Assembly: GCF_964213995.1 (NCBI RefSeq)
Contig: NW_027590388.1
Span: 186,001-250,000 of the forward strand
DNA from: Mustelus asterias
Lineage: Eukaryota
Direction of reading: 5' to 3'
DNA: 64,000 bases
Part shown: positions 62,165 through 64,000 of the stretch, one piece after another
How the letters are laid out: the number at the start of each line of letters is the position of its first letter
How positions within the stretch are numbered: the first letter of the stretch is position 1
Notes under the pieces: generated by a model
Told to the model about the DNA's origin: nothing
Seen by the model: the letters and a program-made list of their open reading frames with translations, nothing else
Database searches by the model: none
Position numbers and translations under genes: made by a program

Positions 62165-63379
62165 TCAGCAGGTGGGATGACTGAGTGAATCCCTTTGTGA
62201 ATCCTTGTGAACTCGCTGGTGTGTCAGCAGGTGGGATGACTGCATGAATCCCTTTCCACACTCAGAGCAGATAAACGGCCTCTCTCCGGTGTGAACTTGC
62301 TGGTGACTCTGCAGATAAGATGAAAGAGCGAATCCTTTCCCACACTCAGAGCAGGTGAATGGTCTCTCCCTGGTGTGAACACGTCGGTGTGCCTGCAGGT
62401 TAGCTGAACGAGTGAATCCCTTCCCACACTCAGAGCAGGTGAACGGCCTCTCCCCGGTGTGAACTTGCTGGTGATTCTGCAGGTCGGATAACTGAATGAA
62501 TCCCCTGCCACACTCGGAACAGGTGAATGGCCTCTCCCTGGTGTGAACCTCCTGGTGTGACACTAGGTGGGATGATTGAATAAAACGCCTCCCACACTCG
62601 GAGCAGACGAATGGCCTCTCCCTGCTGTGAACTCCCTGGTGTGACATTAGGTGTGACGATTGGATAAAACGTTTCCCACATTCGGGGCAGCTGAATGGCC
62701 TCTCCCTTGTGTGGGTTCCTTGGTGTGTCACTAGGTGTGATAACTGAATAAAACGCTTCCCACACTCGGAGCAGGGGAACGGCCTCTCCCTCCTGTGGAC
62801 TCCCTGGTGAGTCACTAGGTGTGATAACTGAATAAAACACTTCCTGCACTCAGAGCAGTTGAAAGGCCTCTCCTTAGTGTGGGCTCGCTGGTGTATCTGC
62901 AGGTGAGATGACTGAGTGAAACCCTTTCCACAGTCGGAGCAGGTGAATGGTCGCTTTCCGGTGTGGATTTGTTGGTGATTCAAAAGTTCAGATGAATGAT
63001 TGAATTGCTTCCCACACTCAGAGCAGTTGAACGGTTTTTCCCCAGTGTGAACTTGCTGGTGTGTCAGCAGGTGGGATAACTGAGTGAATCCCTTCCCACA
63101 ATCAGAGCAGGTGTACAGCCTCTCCCTACTGTGAACTGCTTGGTGATTCCACAGGTCGGCTGCCTGGAGAAAACCCTTCCCACACTCGGAGCAGATGAAG
63201 GGCCTCTCCCCAGTGTGGCTGCATTGATGAATCTTCAGGGCAGATGGGGAGCAGTCTCCTTCCCCACACTTGGAGCAGGGGAACAGTCTCTCCCCAGTGT
63301 GAATATGTTGATGAGTTTGCAGTGCAGACGGGATACGGAATTCCTTACCACAATCCTCATCTTTCCCCGGTTTCTCCAT
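62165..63379 (-). CDS. C2H2 zinc-finger protein (ZNF gene 7), 404 aa, 13 intact fingers
   Basis: MEKP start at 63379; first finger degenerate (GKDEDC); ancestral last finger lost by frameshift. Confidence 0.88.
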   Translation of the reverse strand: MEKPGKDEDCGKEFRIPSALQTHQHIHTGERLFPCSKCGEGDCSPSALKIHQCSHTGERPFICSECGKGFLQAADLWNHQAVHSRERLYTCSDCGKGFTQLSHLLTHQQVHTGEKPFNCSECGKQFNHSSELLNHQQIHTGKRPFTCSDCGKGFTQSSHLQIHQRAHTKERPFNCSECRKCFIQLSHLVTHQGVHRRERPFPCSECGKRFIQLSHLVTHQGTHTRERPFSCPECGKRFIQSSHLMSHQGVHSRERPFVCSECGRRFIQSSHLVSHQEVHTRERPFTCSECGRGFIQLSDLQNHQQVHTGERPFTCSECGKGFTRSANLQAHRRVHTRERPFTCSECGKGFALSSYLQSHQQVHTGERPFICSECGKGFMQSSHLLTHQRVHKDSQRDSLSHPTC

Positions 63380-63882
63380 GGTGTGGATGTCCTTGTGTCT
63401 TTCCAGGTTTAACAATCAGTTAAATCCTCATCCATTCATAGAGCATGTGTACTGTCTGTCCCCGCTGTAAATGATGTGATATTTTTGCAGTCTGTGTAAC
63501 TGGTCTTTTGACAGTCAGTGTACTGGACACTCTCACTCAGCTCTGTGTTCCTTGGTGCCTTTCCAGTCACACTGATGTGACAGAAAAAACAGATAAATAT
63601 TTCTTCTTCTCGATTCAAAGTCTGATGATATTCAGGTTCTGATAATTTGAGTGACTCTATTAAGCCTTAACATGTTTTGAGATTGCTGGCAGCAAATCTT
63701 CCCCTTATAACTTCCTGTAAAATGAGTTTACAAAAGTCATCACTGTCAGTATCAAACAGAAATTCAGAATAGACAATTCTAGTTTCTGTGGAACATTTCT
63801 TCCTTTCTCGTTCCTCTGGATCTGTACATCTCCATCCCACACCCTATCCCTGTATCCTCACTCTGCTGTCTGTATAATACAC

Positions 63883-63931
63883 CCTTCCAATTCTCCTGAA
63901 GGTGTTGATTCATGCTGATCAACAAATCCAT
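63883..63931 (-). other. 5' exon of ZNF gene 7 with uORF MDLLISMNQHLQENWK
   Basis: homolog of 789-837; GT donor at 63882; acceptor ttttacag at 63715. Confidence 0.55.
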
Positions 63932-64000
63932 GCTCAGTCCTTCTTCTCCAGCACTGAGATATCTTCATGCAGGTTGCTCGTCTAAATACCTAAATATACT

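Overview
Vertebrate (cartilaginous fish, most likely a shark) genomic DNA; the taxon is inferred from the HE1-type SINEs, CR1 and Penelope families and the MEKPWKC-type zinc-finger genes. The window is a cluster of seven paralogous tandem C2H2 zinc-finger genes (7-15 finger repeats each, no KRAB/SCAN/BTB domain visible). All seven are built on one cassette: CpG-island promoter, short 5' exons (one carries a conserved micro-uORF), a conserved splice acceptor, decayed 'fossil' fingers with shared stops, the finger array and a conserved 3' UTR. The cluster grew by an inverted duplication (genes 1/2) and a direct segmental duplication (~5.5-20 kb vs ~44.5-54.7 kb). It is packed with nested TEs: CR1 LINEs, a Tx1-like LINE, Penelope elements with hammerhead ribozymes, SINEs, solo LTRs, and one intact young Ty3/Gypsy element. 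That element has no tRNA primer site but has a 13-nt self-complementary PBS and a YLDN RT motif. TE boundaries were read by eye and are approximate unless a TSD is quoted.
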